Shown here piece after piece: positions 10,243 through 21,409 of a stretch of DNA of 28,887 nt (within the stretch, counting starts at the first letter, position 1; every line of letters begins with the position of its first letter). Position numbers and translations under genes: made by a program. Source of the stretch: Prasinococcaceae sp. CCMP 1430. Lineage: Eukaryota > Plantae > Prasinodermophyta. The stretch spans positions 4,634 to 33,520 of the forward strand of contig RQSC01000013.1 in NCBI GenBank assembly GCA_013416795.1. Reading direction: 5' to 3'. The notes under the pieces are model-generated. The model had not been told where the DNA came from, did no database searches, and saw only the letters and a list, made by a program, of their open reading frames with translations.

Positions 10243-11946
10243 CTACCGCGTTGACGTGTCTGGGGCGTCCCCGCCTGGAGCGCTTGCGCCAGCAACCTTC
10301 TCTCTGCCTTGCCGAGCGGGGCCTGCGGGATCAATGTCGACGAACATGATGGTGATGTCGTCTCGCGGGTGGCCCGAATAGACGCGCTTCTCAACGGCGG
10401 TGCCAATGAGACTGGCCGACACGCGCTCAGGCTTTCCGTGGTTGATGCGCGCGCCGAGCTTGGCCGCCGGCGCCTTCGAGCCGTCGACGCCGCCCAGTGC
10501 TAGTCTAGAAGACACGCAGTCCCAGAGGCCGTCACTTGCAAGCACGATGCGCGCCATTTCTCCTACGTGCACTTTCGCTTGGGAGAACTCCGGGTCGGCG
10601 ATGACGCCGCAGCCCCACCCACGGTCACCGATAGTGCGGCTCACGCCCATTGACGCTCCGTCCGGACGAATGAAGCGCGGCGCCGATGTGTACCCGTTCT
10701 GAGTGGACATCTTGGCCACGAACGGCACCGCCGGCACCGATACGTCACTTGCGGACTCCTCTTCCAGCGAGTTGGCCGAGCTGCGCCGCGCGTGTAGCAG
10801 CGCCATAGCACCGGCCATACCACCTCGGATGGAACCCTCACTCGCCTGCATGCGCAGCGCGCGCGAGTAGGCGTCCGTGTCATTGATTTCGCCTCTGGAC
10901 TCAATCTCAGCCGCATCGCCACCTTGAAGCATTGTAGAGATCCGGCTGAGCTTGTCGACATCCTGGCGTGGCACCACAAGCACACCATCGTGGCCTGGCG
11001 AGGGACGGGGCAACGCACGATCGAAGGAGGACGAGATGCCATAGCGCTCCTTGACGCTGTCGCGCAGGCGCTTCTGCTCGGCAGGGGTGCCTGGTTTGTG
11101 GTCTGTTGTGAGGTCGCGGACTCGCGCAGCCTCGGTTGCGCCTCCCGTCTCTGGCCCACCCCAGGTGAGCATTGCCGCGCGAGAGTCGCCTACCCAGGCG
11201 CTCAGCACGTCAACAGTCTTGCCGGCAGGGCAGTACTTGAGAAAGATGAGCGTCGCCGTGGTTCCTCCATGCATTGTCGAACAGACGTGCTTGTCGAGCT
11301 CAACGAACGCCGTCGACACGCACTCGAGCAGCAGCGGGCTCCATGCTTCTTGCGTGTCCAGCGTCGTCTCGACTGCGTAGGTGTCTGATGTCTTGGACGC
11401 TCCGGGGGGAGGAGTCTGCAGCTCCGCCTCCTTGCGATCGATCGCGGCCGAGATGCGGTGCAGCAATTCTTTCGCGGCCAGTGTCGCAGCAGAGGATCCG
11501 TTGTGCCCGTCATACACAGCGTAGGCTGCATGGGCATGCCGCGCGAGGCCCTCCAAGCCCGGCACGCCCGCGAGGACCTCGGCAGCCGCCCATCGATCCT
11601 CGTCCTTGTGTGCAGGCTGCTGGGTGACGCCGAAACACCATGGCATACCTGCTGCTGCGCCCGGCGATGCTGGTCCCTGCCCCTCCGCGCAGGCTTGCGT
11701 CGAGCCGGCTGTGGTTCGCAGTGCCTTGTCGTACCCGTTGCCAGTTGTCTTCCCCATCCTGCGGCCGCCCTCGAGGGGGCCCATCATCACGCGCCCCGAT
11801 CCCGGCGCGGTCTGACGTCCGTTGGCATTCCCGCTCAGGACCGCGGCCGCTCCTGATTTGTTCGCGTGCCCACCGCCGTGGGGCGACAGGCCTTCGCCCA
11901 CGACGATCGCGGCCATCGAGAGGACGTTGTTGGCGCCCTTGCCCAT
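10243..11946 (-). CDS. Protein phosphatase 2C (PPM family) with a long internal insertion
   Basis: EDR, AVYDGHNG, GTTA, AWVGDSRA, LTTDHKP, SRTIGD, LASDGLWD and DDITI motifs occur in order. Likely start MGKGANN at 11946. Confidence 0.92.
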   Translation of the reverse strand: MGKGANNVLSMAAIVVGEGLSPHGGGHANKSGAAAVLSGNANGRQTAPGSGRVMMGPLEGGRRMGKTTGNGYDKALRTTAGSTQACAEGQGPASPGAAAGMPWCFGVTQQPAHKDEDRWAAAEVLAGVPGLEGLARHAHAAYAVYDGHNGSSAATLAAKELLHRISAAIDRKEAELQTPPPGASKTSDTYAVETTLDTQEAWSPLLLECVSTAFVELDKHVCSTMHGGTTATLIFLKYCPAGKTVDVLSAWVGDSRAAMLTWGGPETGGATEAARVRDLTTDHKPGTPAEQKRLRDSVKERYGISSSFDRALPRPSPGHDGVLVVPRQDVDKLSRISTMLQGGDAAEIESRGEINDTDAYSRALRMQASEGSIRGGMAGAMALLHARRSSANSLEEESASDVSVPAVPFVAKMSTQNGYTSAPRFIRPDGASMGVSRTIGDRGWGCGVIADPEFSQAKVHVGEMARIVLASDGLWDCVSSRLALGGVDGSKAPAAKLGARINHGKPERVSASLIGTAVEKRVYSGHPRDDITIMFVDIDPAGPARQGREKVAGASAPGGDAPDTSTR

Positions 11947-12441
11947 GGCACCCCAAGCACCCCCACCCACCCACCCGCCCGCGCGCCGCGCGGACGGACA
12001 CGAGCTCGCGCTGTGGCGGTCGCCGCGCCGCGTGCGCTCCGAGCCGTCCCGAGCCAATCCTCCGCAGCTGCAGTCGCCTGGCGAGTGGCGCGCGCGCGCC
12101 GCGTCCCCCCCCTTTTGCCTCCTCCCTCCCGCGCAGCCCGTGCTCGCGCGCCCGCCGCGGCGGCCCCCGTGCTCCAGTACGCGCGACGTGCGCGCGCGGG
12201 CGAGCGAGCGCGCGCATCCGATGCCATCCGTTGCGTCATCCGTTTCGATGCGCTCGTCGGCCTGCCCCACCTTTTACGGCAGTGGACGATCTGATTTGTA
12301 CTGAGTACAGCTGCAACACGTACAGTGTACCGTTCGTCGTCGAACGTGGGCGCCCAATTGCGCCCACGGTTGACGCCCAATTGCGCCCACTCGGAAGTAA
12401 CCTAGGGGCGCGCGAGTTCGCTTTTCCTCATAACTGCGGCC

Positions 12442-12528
12442 GCGCGTTCCCCGAACGCGCGCCCGCGAATTGGCGCGAGCCTCCGGGGCGGGCGGCGCCG
12501 ACGGCGGCGCGCGCGTTCGGGGAACGCG
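12442..12528. repeat. Inverted pair of GCGCGTTCCCCGAACGCG hairpin motifs
   Basis: Motif at 12442-12460 and its reverse complement at 12511-12528; the same core recurs at 27864 and 27924. Confidence 0.7.
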
Positions 12529-12658
12529 GCCGGCGCGCCGGTGCGTGCGGGTGAGGAGGACATGAGATCTTGTATATGGTCACGCGCGCCCACGGGAGGG
12601 CTGCTGCCCGGCCGCGGAGCGCCTGGCGCCGCGGGGCGGCCGCGGGAATTCTATGGCN

Positions 12659-13359
12659 ATGCGCGCGCCGAGCTTGGCCGCCGGCGCCTTCGAGCCGTCG
12701 ACGCCGCCCAGTGCTAGTCTAGAAGACACGCAGTCCCAGAGGCCGTCACTTGCAAGCACGATGCGCGCCATTTCTCCTACGTGCACTTTCGCTTGGGAGA
12801 ACTCCGGGTCGGCGATGACGCCGCAGGCCCATCCACGGTCACCGATAGTGCGGCTCACGCCCATGGACGCTCCGTCCGGACGAATGAAGCGCGGCGCCGA
12901 CGTGTACCCGCAATGAGTGGACATCTTGGCCACGAACGGCACCGCCGGCAGTTCCGATACGTCACTTGCGGACTCCTCTTCCAGCGAGTTGGCCGAGCTG
13001 CGCCGCGCGTGTAGCAGCGCCATAGCACCGGCCATACCACCTCGGATGGAACCCTCACTCGCCTGCATGCGCAGCGCGCGCGAGTAGGCGTCCGTGTCAT
13101 TGATTCCACCTCTGGACTCAATCTCAGCCGCATCGCCACCTTGGAGCGTTGAAGAGATCTGGCTGAGCTTGTCGACATCCTGGCGTGGCACCACAAGCAC
13201 GCCATCGTGGCCTGGCGAGCGACGGGGCGACGCACGATCGAAGGAGGGCGTGATGCCATAGCGCTCCTTGACGCTGTTCCGCAGGCGCGTCTGCTCGGCG
13301 GGGGTGCCTGGTTTGTGGTCTGTTGTGAGGTCGCGGACTCGCGCAGCCTCGGTTGCGCC
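12659..13359 (-). CDS. Partial second copy of the PP2C (corresponds to 10445-11142), bounded by N at both ends
   Basis: Manual alignment gives about 22 substitutions plus one 3-bp insertion over ~700 bp, with the frame intact. Confidence 0.85.
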
Positions 13360-13459
13360 NNNNNNNNNNNNNNNNNNNNNNNNNNNNNNNNNNNNNNNNN
13401 NNNNNNNNNNNNNNNNNNNNNNNNNNNNNNNNNNNNNNNNNNNNNNNNNNNNNNNNNNN

Positions 13460-14763
13460 CCGAGGACGGCGCCGAGGGGCCCCACGGCGGCGTCCGCGCC
13501 GAGGTCCATGCCCGCGCCGTCGGCGCCCGCGCCGTGCTCGCCCGGCAGCGCGCGCACGTTGAGCGACCTGAGCACCTTGCGGTGGTACTCGGCCGCCTCG
13601 CCTTCGTCGCCCATCGCCTGGTGCAGCTTGGCCAGCTTGGCCAGCGCGATCCCCTCGCCCTCGTTGTTGTCCAGCGCGCGGCGGTAGCAGCGCACCGCGT
13701 GCTCGCGCAGCCCCAGCTGCTCGCTCTCGTAGCACTGCCCCATCGCGCACCACATGCGCGCGTCCTGCGGGCGCAGCTGCGTGGCGCGCCGGTAGTAGTA
13801 CAGCGAGTAGTACGGCATGTGCAGGATCTCGTACGTCTGGCCCAGGCCGTACCACGCGCGGTAGTCGCGCGGGTTGATGTCCACCGCGCGCCGGTACGCG
13901 TCGATGGCCGCCGGGGTGTTCTTCATCTCCACGTACTCGTGCCCCATGAGCGTCCACGCGCTGAGGTACTTGCGGTCGAGCTTGAGCGCGCGCCGGAAGT
14001 ACACCACCGCCTTCTCGTGCTCCGCGCGCAGCGAGTAGTAGTTGCCCACCACGCAGCACGTCTCGGGGCGGTACTTGTCGGTGCGCACCGCGCGGTGCGC
14101 GAGGTGCGAGAGCGTCGCCCACTGCTCGGTGACGTACAGGATGTTGGAGTAGGTGTCCGTGCCCTCCACCATGTGCGGGTCCTTGGCCTGCAGGTCGGCG
14201 AAGCGCACCTGCGCCTCGTCGAACGCGCGCAGGTTGTAGTAGGCGGTGGCCACCGCGCACGCGACGGTCGACGAGCGCGGGAAGAGCGCGCCCAGCGACT
14301 CGTACAGCGCGAGGCCGCGCTCGTTGCGCTGGCCCTCGAGGCACGCGGCGGCCTCGAACGCCTGCCGCGCGAAGTGCGGCGGCAGCGCGAGCGCCTCGAT
14401 CTGCTCGGCCTCCCCCGCCAGCGGCACGAGCTCGCGCCACGCGAGCCAGTTGCACGGAAAGGCGCGCACGCTGTCGGCGAGCGCGCGCGCGGCCTCGTCG
14501 GCGCGCTCGAGCGCGCGCAGCACCACGCCGTGCAGGTACGCGAGGAAGGGGTCCGCCCCGTTCTCGCCGCCGCCCGCGCGCAGCCGCGCGAGCTCGGCGT
14601 CGAGCGCGGGCAGCTCCTCGTTGGCAACCTCGGCCTTGCCCAGCGGCCCGGCGAGCTCGACGAGCTCCTCCTCGGCGCGCCGCTCGCCCGCCAGGTAGCG
14701 CGCGCGCAGCCCCACGAAGAGCGGCGCGCCCGACGCCGCGCCGCGCAGCGCGTGCGCCGCGCG
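13460..14763 (-). CDS. CDC23: Anaphase-promoting complex subunit 8 (CDC23), internal part between gaps
   Basis: DTYSNILYV, DKYRPETCCVVGNYYSLRAEHEKAVVYFRRALKL and AWTLMGHEYVEMKNTPAAIDAYRRAVDINPRDYRAWYGLGQTYE TPR block. Confidence 0.96.
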
Positions 14764-15691
14764 NNNNNNNNNNNNNNNNNNNNNNNNNNNNNNNNNNNNN
14801 NNNNNNNNNNNNNNNNNNNNNNNNNNNNNNNNNNNNNNNNNNNNNNNNNNNNNNNNNNNNNNNNNNNNNNNNNNNNNNNNNNNNNNNNNNNNNNNNNNNN
14901 NNNNNNNNNNNNNNNNNNNNNNNNNNNNNNNNNNNNNNNNNNNNNNNNNNNNNNNNNNNNNNNNNNNNNNNNNNNNNNNNNNNNNNNNNNNNNNNNNNNN
15001 NNNNNNNNNNNNNNNNNNNNNNNNNNNNNNNNNNNNNNNNNNNNNNNNNNNNNNNNNNNNNNNNNNNNNNNNNNNNNNNNNNNNNNNNNNNNNNNNNNNN
15101 NNNNNNNNNNNNNNNNNNNNNNNNNNNNNNNNNNNNNNNNNNNNNNNNNNNNNNNNNNNNNNNNNNNNNNNNNNNNNNNNCCGCCGTGGCGCCGCCGCAG
15201 GCGCGCGCGCCGGCGCCGCCGGCGCAAATCCCGCCCCAAATGTACTCCCGTCGTTTAAAATAATGTAGATAAACATACACACGCGGAATAAGCACCTTTC
15301 AAATTGTCGGTCTTCCGCGATTCGCAGCGCCGGCGCGCGCGCGCGCGCGCGCGCGGGCTGCCCCCTTTTTGCGCGTGCGGCCTCGCCGCCTCCCCGCCGC
15401 GAAACGCCCCCGAAATTCTCTCCGCGACGCCCCGCGGCGCGGCCGCGACCGCGCGCCCGCGCGCGTCGAAATAGATCCCGCGTTTTTCGTTTCAAAAGCG
15501 CGTTGGAATGACGCCCTGCGGCTTCCCGGTTCTGCCCCGCGCGGAGGACCGCGCGGGACCCCGCGGACCGCGCTCGCGCGAAATGGCCGCACCGCCGCGA
15601 AATCCCCTTTCAGGGGCGAAGGCGACGCGTCGGAGTGTGCCCCCACGTGCGATCGAAGGGAAGGCCATTGCGAGCCTCAAACGCGGCGTAA

Positions 15692-15719
15692 TTAGGGTTT
15701 ATTTATATTAGGGTTTAGG
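15692..15719. promoter_or_regulatory. Double telo-box / interstitial telomere-like motif
   Basis: TTAGGGTTT-ATTTATA-TTAGGGTTTAGG. Confidence 0.45.
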
Positions 15720-17423
15720 TACGGCGACGGCCGCACTGCCGCGACCGGCGCTCGGCAGAGGGGGCACTGCGCGCGGACCTTGAGCCACTCGTCCATGCAG
15801 CGGAGGTGGCACGCGTGTCCGCACGCGGGCAGCCTGCGCAGCTGCTGGCGGGGCTCGAGCTCCGCCAAACAGATGGCGCAGGCGTCCGCCTGCGCGCCGG
15901 ACGTGGCGAAGCCATCGTCCGCCCCGGCCGATGATGCTCCGGTCGTGGTGGGAGCGCGGGCCGACACCAGCTCCAGGGGAAGTGTTGCGATGGCCTCTTC
16001 GGAGAGGCCAGCTGGGGCCGCATCCTTCGCGGCCTCCGCAGTGCCAGCCTCGTCGACTGGTCGGAGAGTGGAGAGGAGTGAGCGCGCGAGCGCCGCCACG
16101 TCGCTGGCGTTGCTCTCGAGCGTCGCGGCACCCGCAGACGTTGCTGCGGGTTGAGGCATTGCTCCAGAGCGTCCTCAAGCAATGTGACCACGCTTTGGGG
16201 GCCACGGGGGAGCGGCAGGGCGGCGCGTCAGCGTCCATGATCATGTCCTCGCTCCCGGAAAGACGTAAGCGCACGCGCGCACGCGCACACCCGAGCGTAC
16301 GAGACCAGCCCGCGGCGCACCTGTCGATGAGCGCGAGCTGCCGTGATCGCTGGTGCTGAACCTGCGGGTCCACGCCAGTGTCTCCGGTGACCGTGGCAGC
16401 AGAAGTGATGGCGGCGCGATGCTCAGCGCGCTCCGCGTTGAGCAGCACTGCAAGGGCCGAGAGCTGCCGTCGGCGCAGGCCGAGCTGCTCTGCGCGCAGC
16501 GCGCGCAATTCGTGCATCGACGACTCCTGCGCGGCGCGCAGCCGGCGCAGGCGAGTCTGCAGCGCGGCGCTTCCTTCGACGCTCGCAGCGGACTCGCCTC
16601 GAGGCGCGTGGTGCTGCGGCTGCCGCACCCCAGGCGGGCGCATCACGCGCAAGTTTGAGCGCTCGTCCTCATCCACCGAGGTGGCCCAGAAGAGCGATCG
16701 CCGCGCACCCCGCGGGTTGCTGCGCTCCATGTTTTGCGGTGGGGCCGGTCGCAGACGCAGACGCTGTTCGGCAGTCTGCTCCCGCTGGCGCTGCGATGTG
16801 CGCACGAGCTCTCTCAGGACTGACGTGGCGTCGTCCGTCGGAGACCTCGACAGGAGCGCGTGCACGTGCGAGCCCGAGCGCGGCGGCTGCGTTGGATGGC
16901 GCTGCAACGCGGCGACCGCCAGCCCCGGCGGGGACTGGTGCAGGGGTGCCGGCCTCGCTCGCCGCAGCACCCCCCCTCGCGCGCGCCCCTCGCTCGAGAG
17001 CGCGGGCCATCTCCGCGCCGCCGTTCCCGAAGGACTCCCGCTGCTTGGCGAGCCGCGCTGTGGGGAGATGCGGGGCACGGCGCCAGCTGCGTCATCTGTC
17101 CCGGCGGAGAAGAGTCCCCGAGGCTGCACCCGCGCGCGCGAATGAGACTGCGGCGGTGGCTGAGTATGATTCTCCGCGCGCGCGCCCTGCCATCTCGGGC
17201 GTAGCTCCCTGGCTGACAGGGCATACGGCGGCGACGGGGGCAGCCTCACGCTAACGGGGGCGCCCTCAGACGCCACGGCGCTGCGCATCGTCGCGGAGGG
17301 CGCCCTGGCGCCCTCAATCTCGCGCCCGCCCACTGCGGTGCCCGGCAGACTGAGCAGCGAAGCGACCGTTCCTTGCCTTGCGCGCTCGAGAGCTCGCTCG
17401 GCGCGCTGCTGCGTGGAGTCCAT
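15692..17423 (-). CDS. RING-H2 E3 ligase-like protein with long low-complexity N-terminus; intron donor at 16320, acceptor uncertain
   Basis: C-terminal CAICLAEL...LRRLPACGHACHLRCMDEWL...CPLCR (C3H2C3). Upstream ORF starts MDSTQQRAER at 17423. GTGCG donor at 16320 and GCTGAC at 16227-16232. Confidence 0.72.
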
Positions 17424-18188
17424 CGCCCCCCACCCCCCACCCCCCACCCCGGCTGCTTTCCCGCGCCGTGCCGCTCCGAGGCGCTCCGCGGCACGGCGCT
17501 CCGAGTCGCGGAACGCGCCGCGCTGCACCCCCCAGCGCAAACACCCTTTCCCCGCTTCTGCGCGCACCTCTCTTCCCCCTCCGTCCCAACGAGCGGCTCG
17601 TGCCCCGCCGCAGGGCCGCGCGGCCGCGCCGCGCGCGCCGTGTGCAGCCCGGGGCGCCGCCCCGGGCGCCAGGGCGGCGGTTGGCGCCCAGGGGGAACGC
17701 CTGCCCGGGACCGAGGAGCGCAAATACGCTGTTTTGGGTTTGATATATATAGGGTTTGTTGTAATATCAAAATGTAATTCATGTGAAATACACTTCGCAA
17801 CAACCCCAACCGCCGCGCACACGCACCCCTTTGTTGTCTTTGCGAACGCACGCATGCAGCGCGGGGCAGCAGCGCGGCGGGCGCGGCACGGGCGCGGGGG
17901 CGGGGGCGGCCGCGGTGCAGCAGGCTCCGGGGCACGGGGAGCGTGCGCGCGCGCAGCCACGCGCGAGCGACGTGTCCGGAGGGGGGGAGGGGTAGGGAGG
18001 TCGCGAACGGGGCCGGCGCGTATGTATGGTACTGTCCAGTTACGTCTGCGTGGAACGCGCTCGCCAGACAAGCCACAGGCGCGCGTGGCGGCGAGGAGCA
18101 GCCGCCCGCTCGCCGGCGGGGCGCTCCCGCTCGCGCGAAACGACGTCCCGCGTGTGTGGTGGCCATCGCCGCGTCCCGCGCCGACGAC

Positions 18189-18420
18189 CTAGTGGAAGAG
18201 GTAGCCGCTCATGAAGAGCAGGAAGAAGACCGCGAAGGAGCTCCAGATAAGGAGGTTCTTCTGCCCGCCGTCGAGCGAGTTGCCACCGAAGCCGTACTGC
18301 TGGTTCTGTGAGAAGCCGGCGATGACCTTGCCCTTGCTCGAGAACTGAAGCTTGCCCGCGCCGCACGTCGGGCAGCAGTAGTCCTCCGGCAGGTCCTGGA
18401 ACTTGACGCCCACCGCAATG
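18189..18420 (-). CDS. RBD1: Thylakoid rubredoxin RBD1/RubA (PSII assembly), C-terminal part only
   Basis: GVKFQDLPEDYCCPTCGA...IAGFSQNQQYGFGGNSL..GQK followed by a C-terminal TM helix ending SGYL. The first CxxC and the transit peptide are not readable upstream. Confidence 0.88.
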
Positions 18421-19302
18421 CCCGCGCCCGCGCTCTGGCGCCCCCTCCTACGCACCCTGTGCGCCCCCCACCACTCCCCCCCCTGCCTGCTCTGCGCCCC
18501 TCCGCCGCGCCACCAGGCGGGGCGCGCACCGCACCAGCAGCGCTCGCGCGCGCGCGCGAACCCAAACGCGCACACCACAAACGCACGTGAATTCTGATGT
18601 ACGTTCACGGACGAATACAAACCCTAACCCCAAATACACACGCAGACGAGATGCGGGCGCGCGCGCACATGAAAACGCACTTGCAAACGCGCATGCATAC
18701 GAATTCGCATGCGGACGGGTCGGCCGATCGGCGGCCGACACGCCCGCGTTCGAACGCGCGCGCCGCGCGTTCGTACCCACGGGCGATCGCCTTCTTTCTG
18801 TCGTACTAGTTCAAAACGAGAGCGATGCGCTCCCGAGCGCGCGCGCGGGGCACGACGCGAACGCGCGACCACCTGTCAGAAAAGGATGCGTTTCCGTTTC
18901 GATTCCGCCCATCAGATCGCATGGCGCCTTCGAACCGCGCAAGCATTCGCCCCTTGCTGGCGTTTGTGCAAACGTGCTGCGGCTGTTCGGTGCGGCGCGC
19001 GACCAAACACACCATCAAATGGAACTGTACCTACGTTCCATGATGGTACTCGTACTAGCCAACTGACACCGTACTTTGTAGTGTACCCTGCCTTGATGCC
19101 TGAAAGTCACTTTTACGGTATGTAGTGCTAGCGCGCTGGGCCGCTTGGCGGGTCGACGACCCTGGCAGCCGGTACAGTGACAGCGCGCCAATCGTGAGGG
19201 TGCTGCCGCACGGCGGGTCGGTGTGTATGCAGAAGGCTTGCATATCCCATGTACTTTTTGGGTTGGCGGTGCGCGAAAAGGCACAACGGCAGAATATGCC
19301 TG

Positions 19303-19593
19303 ATGGCGGCCGCGTTCGTTGGCGCACCCGATCCGTTCGGAGGGGGGGGGGAGGGGGAGGCCGCGCGCGCGCGAGAGCGCGAGAGTGCGAGAGCGCGAGC
19401 GCGCGCGGAGGAGGAGGAGGAGGAGGAGGAGGAGGAGGAAGGGGGCGATGCACGCGCGCTGTAGCATGCGATTGCGTTCGGGCGCTCAGTCGTGCGCATA
19501 TCGTCATGAGCGGAGTGCGCGAGTGCTGACTGTTCGCGACCCCTGTCCGATCCGGCCACAGTGTTCCTCACGAGCGACACGGGCGAGCGCATG
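19303..19593 (+). CDS. Possible 5' end of an unknown gene running into the 936-N gap (exon 19303-19384, intron 19385-19561)
   Basis: GTGCG donor at 19385, GCTGAC at 19525-19530 and CAG at 19559-19561 are phase-compatible. The spliced product reads MAAAFVGAPDPF...ERE-M-FLTSDTGERM. No recognisable homology. Confidence 0.3.
19407..19439. repeat. (GGA)11 microsatellite
   Basis: Directly visible. Confidence 0.9.
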
Positions 19594-20694
19594 NNNNNNN
19601 NNNNNNNNNNNNNNNNNNNNNNNNNNNNNNNNNNNNNNNNNNNNNNNNNNNNNNNNNNNNNNNNNNNNNNNNNNNNNNNNNNNNNNNNNNNNNNNNNNNN
19701 NNNNNNNNNNNNNNNNNNNNNNNNNNNNNNNNNNNNNNNNNNNNNNNNNNNNNNNNNNNNNNNNNNNNNNNNNNNNNNNNNNNNNNNNNNNNNNNNNNNN
19801 NNNNNNNNNNNNNNNNNNNNNNNNNNNNNNNNNNNNNNNNNNNNNNNNNNNNNNNNNNNNNNNNNNNNNNNNNNNNNNNNNNNNNNNNNNNNNNNNNNNN
19901 NNNNNNNNNNNNNNNNNNNNNNNNNNNNNNNNNNNNNNNNNNNNNNNNNNNNNNNNNNNNNNNNNNNNNNNNNNNNNNNNNNNNNNNNNNNNNNNNNNNN
20001 NNNNNNNNNNNNNNNNNNNNNNNNNNNNNNNNNNNNNNNNNNNNNNNNNNNNNNNNNNNNNNNNNNNNNNNNNNNNNNNNNNNNNNNNNNNNNNNNNNNN
20101 NNNNNNNNNNNNNNNNNNNNNNNNNNNNNNNNNNNNNNNNNNNNNNNNNNNNNNNNNNNNNNNNNNNNNNNNNNNNNNNNNNNNNNNNNNNNNNNNNNNN
20201 NNNNNNNNNNNNNNNNNNNNNNNNNNNNNNNNNNNNNNNNNNNNNNNNNNNNNNNNNNNNNNNNNNNNNNNNNNNNNNNNNNNNNNNNNNNNNNNNNNNN
20301 NNNNNNNNNNNNNNNNNNNNNNNNNNNNNNNNNNNNNNNNNNNNNNNNNNNNNNNNNNNNNNNNNNNNNNNNNNNNNNNNNNNNNNNNNNNNNNNNNNNN
20401 NNNNNNNNNNNNNNNNNNNNNNNNNNNNNNNNNNNNNNNNNNNNNNNNNNNNNNNNNNNNNNNNNNNNNNNNNNNNNNNNNNNNNNNNNNNNNNNNNNNN
20501 NNNNNNNNNNNNNNNNNNNNNNNNNNNNNCCCCCCCCCCCCCCCCCCCCCCCCTTTCCCGTGGACCCGCGCGTCGCTCAGGAGCCGGATCCACGGTGCCT
20601 TCCCCCATCGCAAACACCCCCATACCTGTCACAATAATACCCCGCGGCATTCTTACCCGGCGAGCGCGCTCCCTCTCTCTCTCTCTGGGGTCGC

Positions 20695-21358
20695 TCACTG
20701 CCCGCCGCTGCCCTTGGACAAGGCGATGAGCGCCACCGATCCGCACTGTAGCCACGCGCTGACGCCCAGCCAGCAGTAGTTGCGCGCGCCGCGGATCTCG
20801 CCGAAGACGAGCACGCCCCATGCCGCGCCCACGAGTCCGGGCAGAGTGGCGATGATGGGAAAGGTGATCTCAAAGGACAGCGCCTCGTTCGCCACGAACC
20901 AGGCCACCTGCGATGCAGAGCCGAGGCGCGACGAGGGAAATCGTCAGCACGGCGCGTGCACAAGCCCCTCCCCATACCCCGCTTGCGCGCATTGCCCACC
21001 GCGCGCCCAAACCAGGCCCCGTCGGCTGCGACGCGCGCGGACCGCACCTGTGCGATCCCCCAGATGACCCCCGACGCGACCGCCTCGGGCGCGCACGGCG
21101 GCGCCTTCTCGCGCTTTCCCCTGGCGCGCATGACCACGCAGTACAGCAGCCAGTAGCACACCGTGCTCGCCATGATGCCCGTGAAGTGGGAGAAGACGTA
21201 GTCCAGCGCGTGGGGCGAGTGCGAGCCGGGATGGTCCTTGGCAGCGTCCATGAGGTGCTGCGCGCCATCGAAGGTGGTTCCTACACGGCGCGCGGGGGTC
21301 GGCGGCGCGCGCGGCGCGCGCGGTGCGCGCAGAGTCAGCGCGGAGGCATGCGAAGACG

Positions 21359-21409
<51 letters not shown>

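Noticed and set aside
12580-15495. 971-aa ORF suggesting a CDC23-PP2C fusion
   Set aside because: The two parts are joined only through a 100-N placeholder gap, so frame continuity is accidental.
19015-19467. ORF with a poly-Leu signal-peptide-like start
   Set aside because: The Leu run is just the antisense of the (GGA)n microsatellite.
21359-21409. G-quadruplex or poly-Gly exon from the poly-C run (also 20530-20553)
   Set aside because: The first run is intronic and the second abuts a gap; long homopolymers are unreliable in this assembly.
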